This document shows positions 9,883 to 21,291 of a stretch of 64,000 nt of DNA, piece after piece (positions within the stretch are counted from its first letter, which is position 1; each line of letters opens with the position of its first letter). The position numbers and the translations under genes are program-made. Location of the stretch: the NCBI GenBank assembly GCA_965204755.1, contig OZ242011.1:3712001-3776000 (forward strand). The letters are read 5' to 3'. Source of the stretch: Candidatus Marinacidobacterium sp. GTDB lineage: Bacteria > Acidobacteriota > Vicinamibacteria > Marinacidobacterales > Marinacidobacteraceae. The notes under the pieces are model-generated. The model worked only from the letters and a program-made list of their open reading frames with translations, did no database searches and had not been told where the DNA came from.

Positions 9883-11277
9883 ATGCTCCGCCGCTTCGTC
9901 CACCGGTCCCTTCGTCCGCCGCTCCGGCTGCTCGCCGCGAGTTTCGCCGCTTCGCTGCTGCTGCCGGCTCCGGCGGCGGCCTCCGGCGAGGACTGGCCGC
10001 ACTGGCGGGGGCCGACCCGCGACGGCGTGAGTTCCGAGACCGGGCTTCCCGTCGAGTGGGACTCCGAGAAGGGCGTCGTGTGGAAGACCCCGATGCCCGC
10101 CTGGAGCGGCGCCACCCCCATCATCTCCGGGGAGACGATCTTCCTGAATGTCTCGATCCCCGCCGAGGACGCCTCCGTTCCCGCGAACCCCTCCGCCGGA
10201 CGCCGCCGGCGCGGCGGCGGGGGCGGCGCCGGGAACGCCGCCTACACCGGCCGGCTGGAACTGTGGGCGCTCGACCGCGCGGAAGGCGAAGTGCTTTGGC
10301 GGCGCCCGCTGGGCGAGCGCGAGGACCGGCGGGGACGGAAGCAGAACATGTCCTCCCCGTCGCCGGTCACCGACGGGGAACGGGTCTTCGCCCTCACCGG
10401 CACCGGGATCCTGAAGTCGTTCGACTTCGCCGGGAACGAACTGTGGAGCCGGGACATCCAGGCCGACTACGGGGACTTCGGCCTGAACTGGGGCTACGCG
10501 AGCAGCCCGCTGCTGTTCGGGGACGCCCTGTTCGTCCAGGTGCTCCACGGGATGAAGACGGACGACCCCTCCTACCTGCTCCGGCTCTCCCCGGACACCG
10601 GCGAGACCGTCTGGCGGGTGGAGCGGCCTACGGACGCCATCCGCGAGTCCCCGGACTCCTACACCACGCCGTTCGTCCACCAGGTGGACGGCCGCTGGGA
10701 ACTCGTGATCACCGGCGGCGATGTGGTCACCGGCCACGACCTGGACACCGGCTTCGAGCGCTGGCGTTCGCGGGGCCTGAATCCGGAGAACAACGCTTCC
10801 TACCGGATCGTTTCCTCCCCGCTGGTCAAGGACGGGATCATCTACGCCCCGACCCGGGTGAAGCCCCTCCTCGCGCTCCGCGCCGGCGGCGAAGGCGACA
10901 TCACGGACACGCACCGGATCTGGGCCTTCGACCGCGGCCCGGATGTCCCGAGCCCGGTGACGGACGGCGAGCGGTTCTATGTGGTGACCGACAAGGGAGT
11001 CCTCTACGCCCTCGACGCCCGCTCCGGCGAGGTCCTCTGGGGCCCCCACCGCCTCCCGCCGGGCACCTACAGCGCCTCGCCGGTGCTCGCCGAGGGCCGC
11101 CTCTATGTCATCAACGAGGACGGAGTCGCCTCCGTCGCGCGCGTCGGCGAGGAGTTCGAACTTCTTGCGGAGAACGACATGGGCGCCTACACCCTGAGTT
11201 CCCTCGCCTTCTCGCGGGGCCAGATCTTCCTCCGCACCGCGGAAGCCCTCTACTGCATCGGCGCCGGCGGCGACTGA
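9883..11277 (+). CDS. Secreted PQQ-binding-like beta-propeller repeat protein
   Basis: GGAGG at 9871 then ATG 9883 (alternative ATG 9850); signal peptide; DWPHWRGPTRDG, SSPSPVTDG, YASSPL, YSASPV. Confidence 0.87.
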   Translation: MLRRFVHRSLRPPLRLLAASFAASLLLPAPAAASGEDWPHWRGPTRDGVSSETGLPVEWDSEKGVVWKTPMPAWSGATPIISGETIFLNVSIPAEDASVPANPSAGRRRRGGGGGAGNAAYTGRLELWALDRAEGEVLWRRPLGEREDRRGRKQNMSSPSPVTDGERVFALTGTGILKSFDFAGNELWSRDIQADYGDFGLNWGYASSPLLFGDALFVQVLHGMKTDDPSYLLRLSPDTGETVWRVERPTDAIRESPDSYTTPFVHQVDGRWELVITGGDVVTGHDLDTGFERWRSRGLNPENNASYRIVSSPLVKDGIIYAPTRVKPLLALRAGGEGDITDTHRIWAFDRGPDVPSPVTDGERFYVVTDKGVLYALDARSGEVLWGPHRLPPGTYSASPVLAEGRLYVINEDGVASVARVGEEFELLAENDMGAYTLSSLAFSRGQIFLRTAEALYCIGAGGD

Positions 11278-11417
11278 CCCGCGTCGATTGAACGATGGCC
11301 CCCGCTCCGGGGGCCGGGATCGGGCAGGTCGGGCGACCGCCGGGAGTACCATTCCCGGCGGCCGCGGCGCCGGCTCCGGGGCGCCCCGGGGCGGACGCGA
11401 CCGGACCGGGAACAACG

Positions 11418-13031
11418 ATGGCGCGTCGCCGCGAGAAGCCGAACGGCCGGGAGAAGGGACGCCCGGCAGAGGGGCAGGGCGCGACCACCGGTTACGAGGC
11501 GGAACTGTGGAAAATGGCGGACGCGCTGCGCGGCTCGATGGATGCCGCGGAGTACAAGCATGTCGTCCTCGGTCTTCTCTTCCTGAAGTACATCTCCGAC
11601 GCCTTCGAGGAGCGGCGGGCGGAAGTCCTTCGGCAGGAGGGAGAAGAAGCGGCCGAGGAGCGCGACGAATACCTCGGAGACCACATCTTCTGGGCGCCGG
11701 AGGAGGCCCGCTGGAAGGGAATCCGGGAGGCGGCGAAGCAGCCGGCGATCGGTGAGCGGGTGGACGCCGCCATGGCCGCCCTCGAACAGGAGAACTCGGA
11801 CCTTCGCGGTGTCCTGCCCAAGATCTACGCCCGCCCGGGGCTCGACCAGGCGCGCCTCGGCCAGTTGATCGACCGGATCAGCGGCATCACCGTGGGGGAC
11901 GCGGAAGCGCGGGCGAAGGATGTGCTCGGCCGCGTGTACGAGTATTTTCTCTCGCAATTCGCCGGCGCGGAAGGCAAGAAGGGCGGGGAGTTCTACACGC
12001 CGCGCTGCGTCGTTCGCCTGCTGGTGGAGATGCTGCGACCCTTCCGCGGAAGGGTGTACGACCCCTGCTGCGGCTCCGCGGGAATGTTCGTCCAGTCCGC
12101 CCGGTTCATCGAGGCGCATGCCACCGGGAACGGCGCCGCCCGGCGGAAGAAGGCTCGCGCGCTGTCGCTCTGGGGCCAGGAGTCCAACCACACGACTTGG
12201 CGGCTGGCGAAGATGAACCTCGCGATTCGGGGCCTCGACGCGGAACAGATCGCCATCGGCGACAGTTTCCACGAGAACCGCTTTCCGGACCTGAAAGCGG
12301 ACTTCATCCTGGCGAACCCGCCGTTCAATGTGTCCAACTGGGGCGGCGAGCGCCTCACGGACGACGCCCGCTGGACCTACGGGACCCCGCCTCGCGGCAA
12401 CGCGAACTACGCTTGGGTGCAACACATCGTGCACCATCTCGCGCCCGGCGGGGTGGCGGGCTTCGTCCTGGCCAACGGCTCCATGTCCTCGACCCGCGCG
12501 AACGAGGGTGATATCCGCCGGGGCCTCGTCGAAGCCGACTTGGTGGACTGCATGGTCGCGCTGCCCGGCCAGTTGTTCTACTCGACCCAGATCCCGGCGT
12601 GTCTGTGGTTCCTTGCCCGGGACCGCTCCGGGAAGCGGAAGTCGAGCGGGCGCGACAGGCGCGGAGCGATCCTCTTCCTCGATGCCCGGAAACTCGGCCG
12701 GATGGTGGACCGGACCCACCGCGAGTTGACGCCGGAGGACATCGGGCGGCTCACCGAGACCTATCAGGCTTGGCGCAGCGGAGAAGGGGGCTACGAGGAT
12801 GTCCCCGGGTTCTGCTGCGCGGTTCCGCTCGCGGAAGTGCGCCGCCACGAACATGTCCTGACCCCGGGACGCTATGTGGGCGTCGAGCCGATCCCGGAGG
12901 ACGACGAGCCGTTCGAGGAGAAGATGCGCCGCTTGACGGCGGAGTGGCGCGCGCAGCGGGAGGAGGGCGCCCGCCTCGACGCGCAGATCGAGCGGAACCT
13001 GAAGTCGCTCGGGTTCTGGGAACCCTCGTGA
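11418..13031 (+). CDS. hsdM: Type I restriction-modification methyltransferase subunit M
   Basis: [19 protein letters not shown]-binding [11 protein letters not shown], catalytic [14 protein letters not shown]. Confidence 0.95.
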   Translation: MARRREKPNGREKGRPAEGQGATTGYEAELWKMADALRGSMDAAEYKHVVLGLLFLKYISDAFEERRAEVLRQEGEEAAEERDEYLGDHIFWAPEEARWKGIREAAKQPAIGERVDAAMAALEQENSDLRGVLPKIYARPGLDQARLGQLIDRISGITVGDAEARAKDVLGRVYEYFLSQFAGAEGKKGGEFYTPRCVVRLLVEMLRPFRGRVYDPCCGSAGMFVQSARFIEAHATGNGAARRKKARALSLWGQESNHTTWRLAKMNLAIRGLDAEQIAIGDSFHENRFPDLKADFILANPPFNVSNWGGERLTDDARWTYGTPPRGNANYAWVQHIVHHLAPGGVAGFVLANGSMSSTRANEGDIRRGLVEADLVDCMVALPGQLFYSTQIPACLWFLARDRSGKRKSSGRDRRGAILFLDARKLGRMVDRTHRELTPEDIGRLTETYQAWRSGEGGYEDVPGFCCAVPLAEVRRHEHVLTPGRYVGVEPIPEDDEPFEEKMRRLTAEWRAQREEGARLDAQIERNLKSLGFWEPS

Positions 13032-14800
13032 ACTTCGACGCCGGGGAGATCGCCCGGCAGTTGCGCCTCGGCGAGGACAGCGACTGGGAATTCAAGGAGA
13101 TCGTGTTTCGCGGCGACCGCCCGGTAGGGCCGCGGCGGAACGATCTCGCCGACGAGATCGCGGCCTTCGCGAACGCGAGCGGCGGGGTCCTGCTGTGCGG
13201 CGTCCGGGACAGCGGGGAGGTCGTCGGCATGTCGCGTCCGCGGTTGGACGAAGTGGATCGACTGCTCGTAGAAGTGAGCACCGATGCGATAGACCCTCCG
13301 GTGCGTATCCGCGTGCTTCGGCGGGAAATCGAGGGCAAGGCGATCCTCATGGTCGAGATCCCGCCCGGCGATGCCCAGCACGACAGCCCGGGAGGGAGTT
13401 TCGTGCGCGTCGGCGCCTCGAAGCGGCACATGAAGGCTGACGAGCGCTTGCGGCTCGCGCAGAGACGCAGCCAGGCGAGGTACCGCTGGTACGACGAACA
13501 GGCCGTGCCGCAGACCGGATTCGGAACGCTCGACGCCGACCTGTGGAAGCCGTTGCTCACGGAGGAGGGCGCCGCCGCGCCCAAGTCCGGAGTGGCCAAG
13601 TTGGGACTCCTCACACCGGACGAAAAGGGGGGCCTCCGCGCATCCGTGGCCGGGATCCTCGTCGCCTGCCGAGAGCCGGAGCGGTATCTGCCGAACGCCT
13701 GCATCACCGCGACCCGCTACCGGGGCGTCGACCGCGCCTCGGGCCAAGCCGACGCCCGGACAATCACCGGCCCGCTCGATCGACAGATCGCCGAAGCGGT
13801 CTCCTTCGTAGTCCGCAACATGACGGTGGCGGCGGAGAAGGTCCCGGCCCGCGCGGAAATGCCGGAGTACCGCGCCGAAGCGATCTTCGAGGCGGTCGTC
13901 AACGCCGTTGCCCACCGCGACTACGGAATGCGGGGCAGCCGCATCCGGATATCCATGTTTTCCGATCGTCTGGAGATCCAGTCTCCGGGCGGTCCGCCGA
14001 ACGACCTCGAAGTGGCCGATCTGCCGCACCGGCAAGCGACCCGCAACGAGTTGCTGACCTCCCTCCTCGGGCGGATGTCGGCGGCCGGTGTCCACGGAGG
14101 GGGCGGGCGGCTATATTTCATCGAGAGACGCGGTGATGGCGTGCCGATCATTCGAAGGACCACCGAGGAACTCACCGGACGACTGCCGGAGTTTCGACTC
14201 GTCGGCGGAGCGGAACTCTGCGTGGTCATTCCGGCGGCGCCGCTCCGGGCGAGCGCCGGCGAGGCCGTGATCCGGGCGCGCCGGGAAGGGGTACCGGTTT
14301 CGGGCATCGAACTCTTCCTCATCCTCCCGGACGGAACGACGCGCCGCGCCGCTACGGGCGCCGACGGCGAGGCGCGTCTCTCGTTGCATCTGCGCGATGT
14401 GCCGGTCACCGTCTTCGCCGCCGGCGAGGGCTCCGCAGCCCGACTGGAGCGCGGTTGGCGGCCACTCGGCGGTCCGCTCGACCTGGCGATCCGGGAGATT
14501 CCGAACGGGGGATCCGTCGTCTTGGAAGAAGACGGAGGCGTTGTCCCGGGACTGTCCGGTCACCTGACCCTGAGCCGCGACGCCCGCGGACGCCTGCGGG
14601 CCTACGGGGCGCATCTCTCCATCGAGGAAGGGCGCCCGCAGCCGGTGAGTTTCCTGCCCGGGGAGGAGTTGCGGCTGACCGATGCCGAGGGGCGCGAGCG
14701 GATGGTCCGAATCCTGACGGTAAACGGTCCCGTGTCGCTCGTGGAATACCGCGATGTCGCCGAGCAACCGATTGCCGCCGATGAGAGGACCGCCGGATGA
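13028..14800 (+). CDS. Schlafen/AlbA_2 domain + HATPase_c_4-like domain + uncharacterised C-terminal beta-rich domain
   Basis: GTGA overlap with hsdM; GEDSDWEFK...[18 protein letters not shown] (AlbA_2); [12 protein letters not shown]...[10 protein letters not shown]...RN...ERRGDG (HATPase_c_4); about 170-aa strand-rich tail in place of the usual winged HTH. Confidence 0.85.
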   Translation: MNFDAGEIARQLRLGEDSDWEFKEIVFRGDRPVGPRRNDLADEIAAFANASGGVLLCGVRDSGEVVGMSRPRLDEVDRLLVEVSTDAIDPPVRIRVLRREIEGKAILMVEIPPGDAQHDSPGGSFVRVGASKRHMKADERLRLAQRRSQARYRWYDEQAVPQTGFGTLDADLWKPLLTEEGAAAPKSGVAKLGLLTPDEKGGLRASVAGILVACREPERYLPNACITATRYRGVDRASGQADARTITGPLDRQIAEAVSFVVRNMTVAAEKVPARAEMPEYRAEAIFEAVVNAVAHRDYGMRGSRIRISMFSDRLEIQSPGGPPNDLEVADLPHRQATRNELLTSLLGRMSAAGVHGGGGRLYFIERRGDGVPIIRRTTEELTGRLPEFRLVGGAELCVVIPAAPLRASAGEAVIRARREGVPVSGIELFLILPDGTTRRAATGADGEARLSLHLRDVPVTVFAAGEGSAARLERGWRPLGGPLDLAIREIPNGGSVVLEEDGGVVPGLSGHLTLSRDARGRLRAYGAHLSIEEGRPQPVSFLPGEELRLTDAEGRERMVRILTVNGPVSLVEYRDVAEQPIAADERTAG

Positions 14801-15042
14801 CCGTTGCCGACCTTGTCTCCCTTCTCGCCAAGTACGACGGCGATCTGCGTGTCGTCGTGGACGGCTACGAGAATGGCTACGACGACATCGTACCCGAACG
14901 AATTCAGCGAATGAGACTCTGCCTCGATGTCGGCACCAGGGACTATGAGGGAAAGCATGACGAGCCGGGCTTCGCCGACGAACGCCGACGCCGTGAAAGT
15001 GTCGTAGTCGAGGCGATCTGTCTTCACCGCAGTTCGTTCTGA
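14797..15042 (+). CDS. Small hypothetical protein (81 aa)
   Basis: ATGA overlap with upstream stop and TGATG overlap with hsdS; [30 protein letters not shown]. Confidence 0.7.
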   Translation: MTVADLVSLLAKYDGDLRVVVDGYENGYDDIVPERIQRMRLCLDVGTRDYEGKHDEPGFADERRRRESVVVEAICLHRSSF

Positions 15043-16298
15043 TGCAGTCCCATCGGCTCGCCATGTCGCCTATTGCGCCTCCACGAGTTCGTCTGAGCGA
15101 GGTAGGCGCCGTTCTGATGGGGCAGTCCCCACCGGGGACGACCTACAACGACCAGAAACAGGGGCTCCCGTTCTTCCAAGGAACGAGGGACTTCGGTTAC
15201 CGCCACCCGACGCCGAGGGTCCACTGCGAAGAGGTCAGGCGGGTAGCCGAGCCGGGGGATCTCCTGTTCAGCGTTCGAGCGCCGATCGGCCGCATCAATG
15301 TTGCCGATCGTCGGTGCGGTATCGGGCGAGGGTTGGCGGCGGTACGGGCGAGGCACGCGAGTGACGCGCGATACCTCGAGTACGGGCTTCGCGCGCTCCA
15401 CCGTTCGTGGGATACGCTGGAGGGCAATGGTTCGGTCTTCGGCAACGCGACTCGACGCGACTTGGAAGAGACTCTGATCCCATGGCCTTCGGCTCAGCGT
15501 CGACGTTCGATTTCGGATGCATTGGGCACTCTGGACGACAAGATTGAATCGAACTGGTGGATGAGCGAGACTCTCGACCAGATGGCGCGGGCGATCTTCG
15601 AGGACTGGTTCGTGAAGTTCGGTCCGACTCGGGCGAAGATGGAGGGGCGTCGGAGGTACCTATCCGAGTGCGTGTGGTCTTTGTTTCCGTCGCGACTTGT
15701 ACAGTCCGAGGTGGGCAGGATTCCCTCGGGGTGGTCCGTTCGTCCGTTCGACGCAGTGGCGGACTATCGCAACGGATTGGCCTTGCAGCGCTTTCGGCCG
15801 GTGGGGGATGAGCCTTCGCTCCCAGTAGTCAAGATCGCCCAGTTGAGATCGGGTGCTGCCGATGGAAAAGAGTCGGCGTCGGCCCGGATCGCGCCGGAGT
15901 GCGTCCTCGACGACGGAGATGTCGTTTTCTCGTGGTCAGGAAGCCTTCTGGTGAAGTTGTGGTGCGGTGGTCGTGCCGCGCTGAATCAGCACCTGTTCAA
16001 GGTGACATCACGCCGCTTTCCTCGTTGGTTCTACTACCACCATCTCCTGGAACGCCTTCCGGCGTTCCAGCGGATTGCGAGTTCGAAGGTGACGACGATG
16101 GGGCACATTCGTCGTCGCCATCTCGGGGAAGAGATGTGCGCGGTGCCGGATGACCGCTTGCTGGAAGCAGCGGGAGGGGTGATGGAAGCGTTGGTGCGAG
16201 CGCAGATCGAGAATTCCGTGTCCATGCGGAAACTGGCTGCGCTGAGAGATCGCATGGTGCCCAAACTCCTGTCGGGCGAGTTGCAGGCGCGGGGATAG
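15042..16298 (+). CDS. hsdS: Type I restriction-modification specificity subunit S
   Basis: TRD1 (MGQSPP..YN...GLPFFQG...SVRAPIG), conserved spacer LDDKIE..ETLDQMARAIFEDWFV, TRD2 (NGLALQRF...ALNQHLFKV), C-terminal LRDRMVPKLLSGEL. Alternative start 15063. Confidence 0.93.
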   Translation: MQSHRLAMSPIAPPRVRLSEVGAVLMGQSPPGTTYNDQKQGLPFFQGTRDFGYRHPTPRVHCEEVRRVAEPGDLLFSVRAPIGRINVADRRCGIGRGLAAVRARHASDARYLEYGLRALHRSWDTLEGNGSVFGNATRRDLEETLIPWPSAQRRRSISDALGTLDDKIESNWWMSETLDQMARAIFEDWFVKFGPTRAKMEGRRRYLSECVWSLFPSRLVQSEVGRIPSGWSVRPFDAVADYRNGLALQRFRPVGDEPSLPVVKIAQLRSGAADGKESASARIAPECVLDDGDVVFSWSGSLLVKLWCGGRAALNQHLFKVTSRRFPRWFYYHHLLERLPAFQRIASSKVTTMGHIRRRHLGEEMCAVPDDRLLEAAGGVMEALVRAQIENSVSMRKLAALRDRMVPKLLSGELQARG

Positions 16299-16385
16299 AC
16301 TTTTGGACGCTGTCATGACGACCGCACGCGAACCGCGGACGCGAACGCGGTCGGCGCCCCGGGAACGCGCGAGAGCGGGCACGGG

Positions 16386-17465
16386 ATGCTGAAGCAACTG
16401 ACGGTTCGGGGTTTCAGGTCCATTCGGGCCTTGGAGAACTTCGAACTGGGCTCGTTGAATGTCCTGATCGGGGCGAACGGGGCCGGGAAGAGCAATCTGG
16501 TCGCCCTGTTTTCCCTGCTCGGGGCGATGGCGCGGGAGAATCTCGAGTTGTTCACGGCGCGACAGGGCGGGCCGGACGGGCTGCTCTTCGGCGGTCGGGA
16601 GGCGACGCCGCGCCTGGAGGTGGGATTGGAGTTCGGAGGAGGGGGTGGGTATCAGGTCGCATTGGAACCGGAGGGGGCGCGGTTGCTCGTCGTTCGGGAG
16701 GGGCTCACCACGCGGGCCGGGGCAGGTGGTGTGCGCGTTCGGGAACTTGGGGGCGGCGGGGCGGAGGCTCGTCTGACGACGGCGGAAGTGTCGGATGCGG
16801 ATGACTTGGCGTCCGAGATGCGGGACTGGCAGGTGTACCACTTCTGTGACACCGGTCGGCGCGCGGCGGTTCGCGGGGACCAGGCGGTACGCGACAACCT
16901 GCGTCTTCGGCCGGACGGAGGAAACTTGGCGGCCTATCTGAGGCGGCTGTCAGAGGCGCATCCTCAGGACCACCTCGAGATCGTTCGCGCCGTACGGGTC
17001 GTGGCGCCGTTCTTCGCGCGATTCGTCTCGCGGAACGGTACCGGGGAACAGATGGAGTTGGAGTGGATCGAGAAGGGCGAACCGGAGGTCGTGCGCGGCC
17101 CCGGCCAGATGTCGGACGGAACCCTTCGGTTCGTGTGTCTGATGGCCCTGCTGCTGCAGCCGACGGACCTGCAGCCGCGGACGATCTTCATTGACGAACC
17201 GGAACTCGGAATGCACCCGTACGCCTTGGGCGTCCTGAGCGACGTGCTTCGGGATGTGAGTCGGCGGCGGCAACTCATCGTGGCGACGCAGTGTCCGGAC
17301 CTGGTCAGCGGGCTGGAGACCGAGGAGGTGGTGGTCGTGAATCGAAAAGGAGCGGAGTCGTCGTTCGAGCGGCCGGACGCGGAGCGACTGCGGCGCTGGC
17401 GAGAGGACTTCCGTCTCGGAGACCTGTGGAAGATGAATGTGATCGGGGGGCGGCCGGCGTGGTGA
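16386..17465 (+). CDS. ABC-type AAA (AAA_21-like) ATPase
   Basis: [13 protein letters not shown], Walker [10 protein letters not shown], signature MSDGTLRF, Walker [18 protein letters not shown]. Confidence 0.9.
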   Translation: MLKQLTVRGFRSIRALENFELGSLNVLIGANGAGKSNLVALFSLLGAMARENLELFTARQGGPDGLLFGGREATPRLEVGLEFGGGGGYQVALEPEGARLLVVREGLTTRAGAGGVRVRELGGGGAEARLTTAEVSDADDLASEMRDWQVYHFCDTGRRAAVRGDQAVRDNLRLRPDGGNLAAYLRRLSEAHPQDHLEIVRAVRVVAPFFARFVSRNGTGEQMELEWIEKGEPEVVRGPGQMSDGTLRFVCLMALLLQPTDLQPRTIFIDEPELGMHPYALGVLSDVLRDVSRRRQLIVATQCPDLVSGLETEEVVVVNRKGAESSFERPDAERLRRWREDFRLGDLWKMNVIGGRPAW

Positions 17466-18142
17466 CGGCTCTGGTCGTATGCGAAGGACAGACGGAGGAG
17501 ACTTTCGTCGGTCAGGTGCTCGCGTCGTTCGTGGCCCCGCGGGGAATCCGGGTGAGCGCGAGGTTGTTGGAGACCTCGCCGGGGTACGCCGGAGGAGGAC
17601 TCGGGCGAGCGATCGTCTTGGGCACGCTCTGCGATGCGCTCCGGGAGCGGGAAGACCTGTATCTGGCGACGCTGTTCGATCTCTTCGGTCTGCCCAAGCG
17701 CTTTCCCGGGCTTTCAGAGGCAAGCCGGGAGGACGATCCGCTCGAACGGGCGCGCCGGGTCGAGGAAGGTCTGCACCGCCGGGTCGTCGCGGAGAGCGGG
17801 TGCGCCCCGGAACGGTTCTTCCCGCATGTGCAGCCGTACGAGTTCGAGTCGCTCCTGTTCGCCGATGCCGGGAAGTTCGCAGAAGTCAATCCGGCTTGGG
17901 CGGACGGAGCGGAGTCGCTCCAGAATGTGGCGGCCGCCGCGGCGACACCGGAGCACATCAACGATGGAGAGGGCACGCAACCGTCGAAGCGGCTTGCAAT
18001 GCTCCACCGATACAGGAAGACCTTGCATGGCGTGGAGGTGGCGGCCCGGATCGGTGTGGAGCGGATACGGCAGGAGTGTCGGCACTTCGATGGCTGGGTG
18101 TCGCGGCTGGAGGCCCTGTCGCCGCTCGAGGGAAACGGCTGA
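17462..18142 (+). CDS. DUF4276 family (TOPRIM-like) protein
   Basis: GTGA overlap with the ATPase; [49 protein letters not shown]. Confidence 0.85.
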   Translation: MTALVVCEGQTEETFVGQVLASFVAPRGIRVSARLLETSPGYAGGGLGRAIVLGTLCDALREREDLYLATLFDLFGLPKRFPGLSEASREDDPLERARRVEEGLHRRVVAESGCAPERFFPHVQPYEFESLLFADAGKFAEVNPAWADGAESLQNVAAAAATPEHINDGEGTQPSKRLAMLHRYRKTLHGVEVAARIGVERIRQECRHFDGWVSRLEALSPLEGNG

Positions 18143-21100
18143 TGCCTTTCTTCACGGAGTCGCTCGTCGAGGAGGCGGCGCTCGACTGGTTCCGGAAACT
18201 CGACTACCTCGTGGATGGCGGGCCGGAGCGCCCTCCCGGGGAGGTCGGGAGCCGGCGGAACTACTCGGAGGTCGTGCATTGGGCGAGCCTGCAGGGGGCG
18301 CTTCGCCGGTTGAACCAGCACTTGCCGGAGGACACCCTGTTGGAGGCGGCGCGGCGGGTGCAGAACCCGGAGGGTGCGACGCTCGACGCTCGGAACCGGA
18401 ACTTCCACAGGATGTTGGTCGAAGGCGTGCCGGTCGAGTATCGGGATGAGAGCGGGGATCTGCTCGGCGCCCGGGTTCGGGTCGTGGATTTCGACCGGCC
18501 GGGGGAGAACTTCTTCAAGGCGGTGAGCCAGTTCACGGTCGAGGAGGGCGGCCGGCGGCGGAGACCGGACCTCGTGATCCTCCTGAACGGGCTTCCCGTG
18601 GGCATCCTGGAGTTGAAGAGCCCGTCGGACCCGGACGCCACGGTGTGGTCGGCCTGGAACCAGATCCAGACCTACCGGAAGGAACTGCCGACGCTGTTCT
18701 CGTTCAACGAGGTCGTGGCGGTTTCGGACGGGATGGAAGCCCGGCTGGGGGCGTTCTCGTCCCCGCGGGAGTGGTTCAAGCCATGGCGCACGATCGGCGG
18801 GGAAGAACTGGCCCCGGTGTTCCTTACCGGTCTGCAGGTGCTGGTCGAGGGCGTGTTCCAGAAGCGGAGATTCCTCGACCTGTTGCGCGGGTTCGTCGTC
18901 TTCGAGGACGACGGCTACGGCGCGCCGGAGAAGAAGATCGCCGGGTACCACCAGTTCCACGCCGTGAAGAAGGCGGTGAAGGAGACGCTGCGGGCGGCGG
19001 CGAGGGAGGCGGACCGGGTGGAGGAGCCGCTCCTCGAGTACGAGACGCGGGAACTCTTCGGCGGGAAGCCGGGAGATCGGCGCATCGGCGTCCTCTGGCA
19101 TACGCAGGGATCGGGGAAGAGCCTGACGATGGCCTTCTTCGTCGGGGAAATCGTCCGGGAACCGGAGATGAAGAACCCGACCGTCGTGGTGATGACCGAC
19201 CGGAACGATCTCGACGACCAACTCTTCGCGACCTTCTCCCGTTGCGGCGACCTGCTGCGGCAGACACCGGTGAAAGCGAGGGACCGGGAGGACTTGCGGC
19301 GCCGGCTTTCGGTCGAATCCGGCGGAGTGGTGTTCACCACCGTCCAGAAGTTCTTCCCCGACGGGAAGGGGGAGCGCCACCCGGTGCTCTCGGTCCGAGG
19401 GAACATCGTGGTCATCGCCGACGAGGCCCACCGGAGCCAGTACGACTTCGTGGACGGCTTCGCCGCGCACATCCGCGACGCGCTTCCGAATGCGTCCTTC
19501 GTCGGGTTCACCGGGACGCCGATCGAGACGCGGGACGCGAACACCCGCGCGGTGTTCGGCGACTACATCAGCATCTACGACATCGGCCGCTCCGTCGAGG
19601 ACGGGGCGACGGTCCCGATCTACTACGAGAGCCGGCTCGCCGAACTCGCGCTCGATGAGGCGGAGCGTCCGAACATCGACATCGAGTTCGAGGAAGTCAC
19701 CGAGGGCGAAGAGTCGGCGCGGAAGGAGAAGATCAAGAACAAGTGGGCGCAACTCGAAGCGCTGGTGGGGGCGGACGCCCGGCTCGACCGGGTGGCCGCC
19801 GACCTCGTGGAGCACTTCGAGCAGCGGGTCGAGGCGATGGAGGGCAAGGCGATGGTCGTCACGATGTCCCGCCGCATCGCGGTCGAGATGTACCGTCGGC
19901 TGACCAGTCTTCGCCCGGACTGGCATTCGGACGAGGACGACCGGGGCGCGCTCAAGGTCGTGATGACCGGGAGCGCCTCGGATCCGGTGGACTGGCAGCG
20001 GCACATCGGGACGAAGGCGCGGCGGGAGAGGCTGGCGCGCCGCTTCCGGGACCCCGAAGACCCGCTGCGGATGGTCATCGTGCGCGACATGTGGCTCACC
20101 GGGTTCGACGCGCCGAGCCTCCACACGATGTATGTGGACAAACCGATGCGGGGGCACGGTCTGATGCAGGCGATCGCCCGGGTCAACCGGGTGTTCCGCG
20201 ACAAGCCGGGCGGGTTGGTGGTGGACTACCTCGGTGTCGCGCACGAACTCAAGCGGGCGCTTCGGACCTACACGGATCAGGGGGAGGAACGGAAGGCGGC
20301 CTTCGACCAAGCGGAAGCGATCGCGCTGATGCGGGAGAAATACGAGGTCTGCTGCGGCCTGTTCCACGGCCTCGACCGCTCTCGTTGGCTGGACGGGACG
20401 CCGGAGGAGCGGCTCGGTCTGTTGTTGCTCGCCCAGGAACACATCCTCGCTCAACGGGACGGCAAGGAGCGGCTCGCTGCCGCGGTCGCGGACCTGACGC
20501 GGGCCTTCGCGCTCTCTGTCCCCAGCCGGGAAGCGCTCGACATCCGCGACGAAGTGGCGTTCTTCCAAGCCGTGAACGCGGCGCTTTCGAAACGGGCCGC
20601 CGCCGAGCGGCGGCCGGAGGACGAACTCGCCCATGCCGTGCGACAGATCGTCTCCAAGGCGGTCGTTTCCAAGGGAATCACGGACATCTTCGCCGCCGCC
20701 GGGCTGGATCAGCCCGATGTCTCGGTGCTGTCGGAGGAGTTCCTGGCGGAAGTGCGGGGTCTTCCCCAGAAGAACCTCGCGGTGGAGTTGCTGCAGAAAC
20801 TCCTGCGGGGGGAAGTCCGCGCGCGGGGCAAGAAGAATGTGATTCAGGCGCGGGCTTTCTCGGAGATGCTGGAGCGCACGCTGCTGAAGTACCGGAACCG
20901 CGCGGTCGAGGCCGCGCAGGTAATCGAGGAACTCATCGCCATCGCCCGCGAAATGCGCGAGGCGCGCGGCCGCGGCGAGAAACTGGGACTCTCCGAGGAG
21001 GAGATGGCCTTCTACGACGCTCTCGAAACCAACGACAGCGCTGTGAAGGTGCTCGGGGACGAGGCGCTGCGGGGTATCGCCCGGGAGTTGGTCGAGACCG

Positions 21101-21291
21101 TGAGGAACAGCGTCACCGTGGACTGGACGCTACGGGAGAGCGCGCGAGCGAACATCCGGCGGTTGGTGAAGCGGGTGCTTCGGAAGCACGGATACCCGCC
21201 GGACAAGCAGGAAAAAGCCACCCGGACGGTTCTCGACCAAGCGGAAGCGATCTCCGCGGATTGGCCGGAGACTGCCTCGAGCGCGGTCTGA
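18142..21291 (+). CDS. hsdR: Type I restriction endonuclease subunit R
   Basis: TGATG overlap; nuclease [19 protein letters not shown], Walker [33 protein letters not shown]-terminal YPPDKQEKA. Confidence 0.96.
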   Translation: MPFFTESLVEEAALDWFRKLDYLVDGGPERPPGEVGSRRNYSEVVHWASLQGALRRLNQHLPEDTLLEAARRVQNPEGATLDARNRNFHRMLVEGVPVEYRDESGDLLGARVRVVDFDRPGENFFKAVSQFTVEEGGRRRRPDLVILLNGLPVGILELKSPSDPDATVWSAWNQIQTYRKELPTLFSFNEVVAVSDGMEARLGAFSSPREWFKPWRTIGGEELAPVFLTGLQVLVEGVFQKRRFLDLLRGFVVFEDDGYGAPEKKIAGYHQFHAVKKAVKETLRAAAREADRVEEPLLEYETRELFGGKPGDRRIGVLWHTQGSGKSLTMAFFVGEIVREPEMKNPTVVVMTDRNDLDDQLFATFSRCGDLLRQTPVKARDREDLRRRLSVESGGVVFTTVQKFFPDGKGERHPVLSVRGNIVVIADEAHRSQYDFVDGFAAHIRDALPNASFVGFTGTPIETRDANTRAVFGDYISIYDIGRSVEDGATVPIYYESRLAELALDEAERPNIDIEFEEVTEGEESARKEKIKNKWAQLEALVGADARLDRVAADLVEHFEQRVEAMEGKAMVVTMSRRIAVEMYRRLTSLRPDWHSDEDDRGALKVVMTGSASDPVDWQRHIGTKARRERLARRFRDPEDPLRMVIVRDMWLTGFDAPSLHTMYVDKPMRGHGLMQAIARVNRVFRDKPGGLVVDYLGVAHELKRALRTYTDQGEERKAAFDQAEAIALMREKYEVCCGLFHGLDRSRWLDGTPEERLGLLLLAQEHILAQRDGKERLAAAVADLTRAFALSVPSREALDIRDEVAFFQAVNAALSKRAAAERRPEDELAHAVRQIVSKAVVSKGITDIFAAAGLDQPDVSVLSEEFLAEVRGLPQKNLAVELLQKLLRGEVRARGKKNVIQARAFSEMLERTLLKYRNRAVEAAQVIEELIAIAREMREARGRGEKLGLSEEEMAFYDALETNDSAVKVLGDEALRGIARELVETVRNSVTVDWTLRESARANIRRLVKRVLRKHGYPPDKQEKATRTVLDQAEAISADWPETASSAV

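Noticed and set aside
1781-11277. Assigning bamB or PQQ-dehydrogenase function to the propellers
   Set aside because: Multiple paralogues, no bam/der context and no recognisable quinoprotein catalytic motifs.
17512-20634. 1040-aa antisense ORF over hsdR, and similar long antisense ORFs (52902..55712, 39341..42379, 56769..59888)
   Set aside because: Stop-poor antisense frames are expected at this GC content; no motifs, and they mirror well-supported genes.
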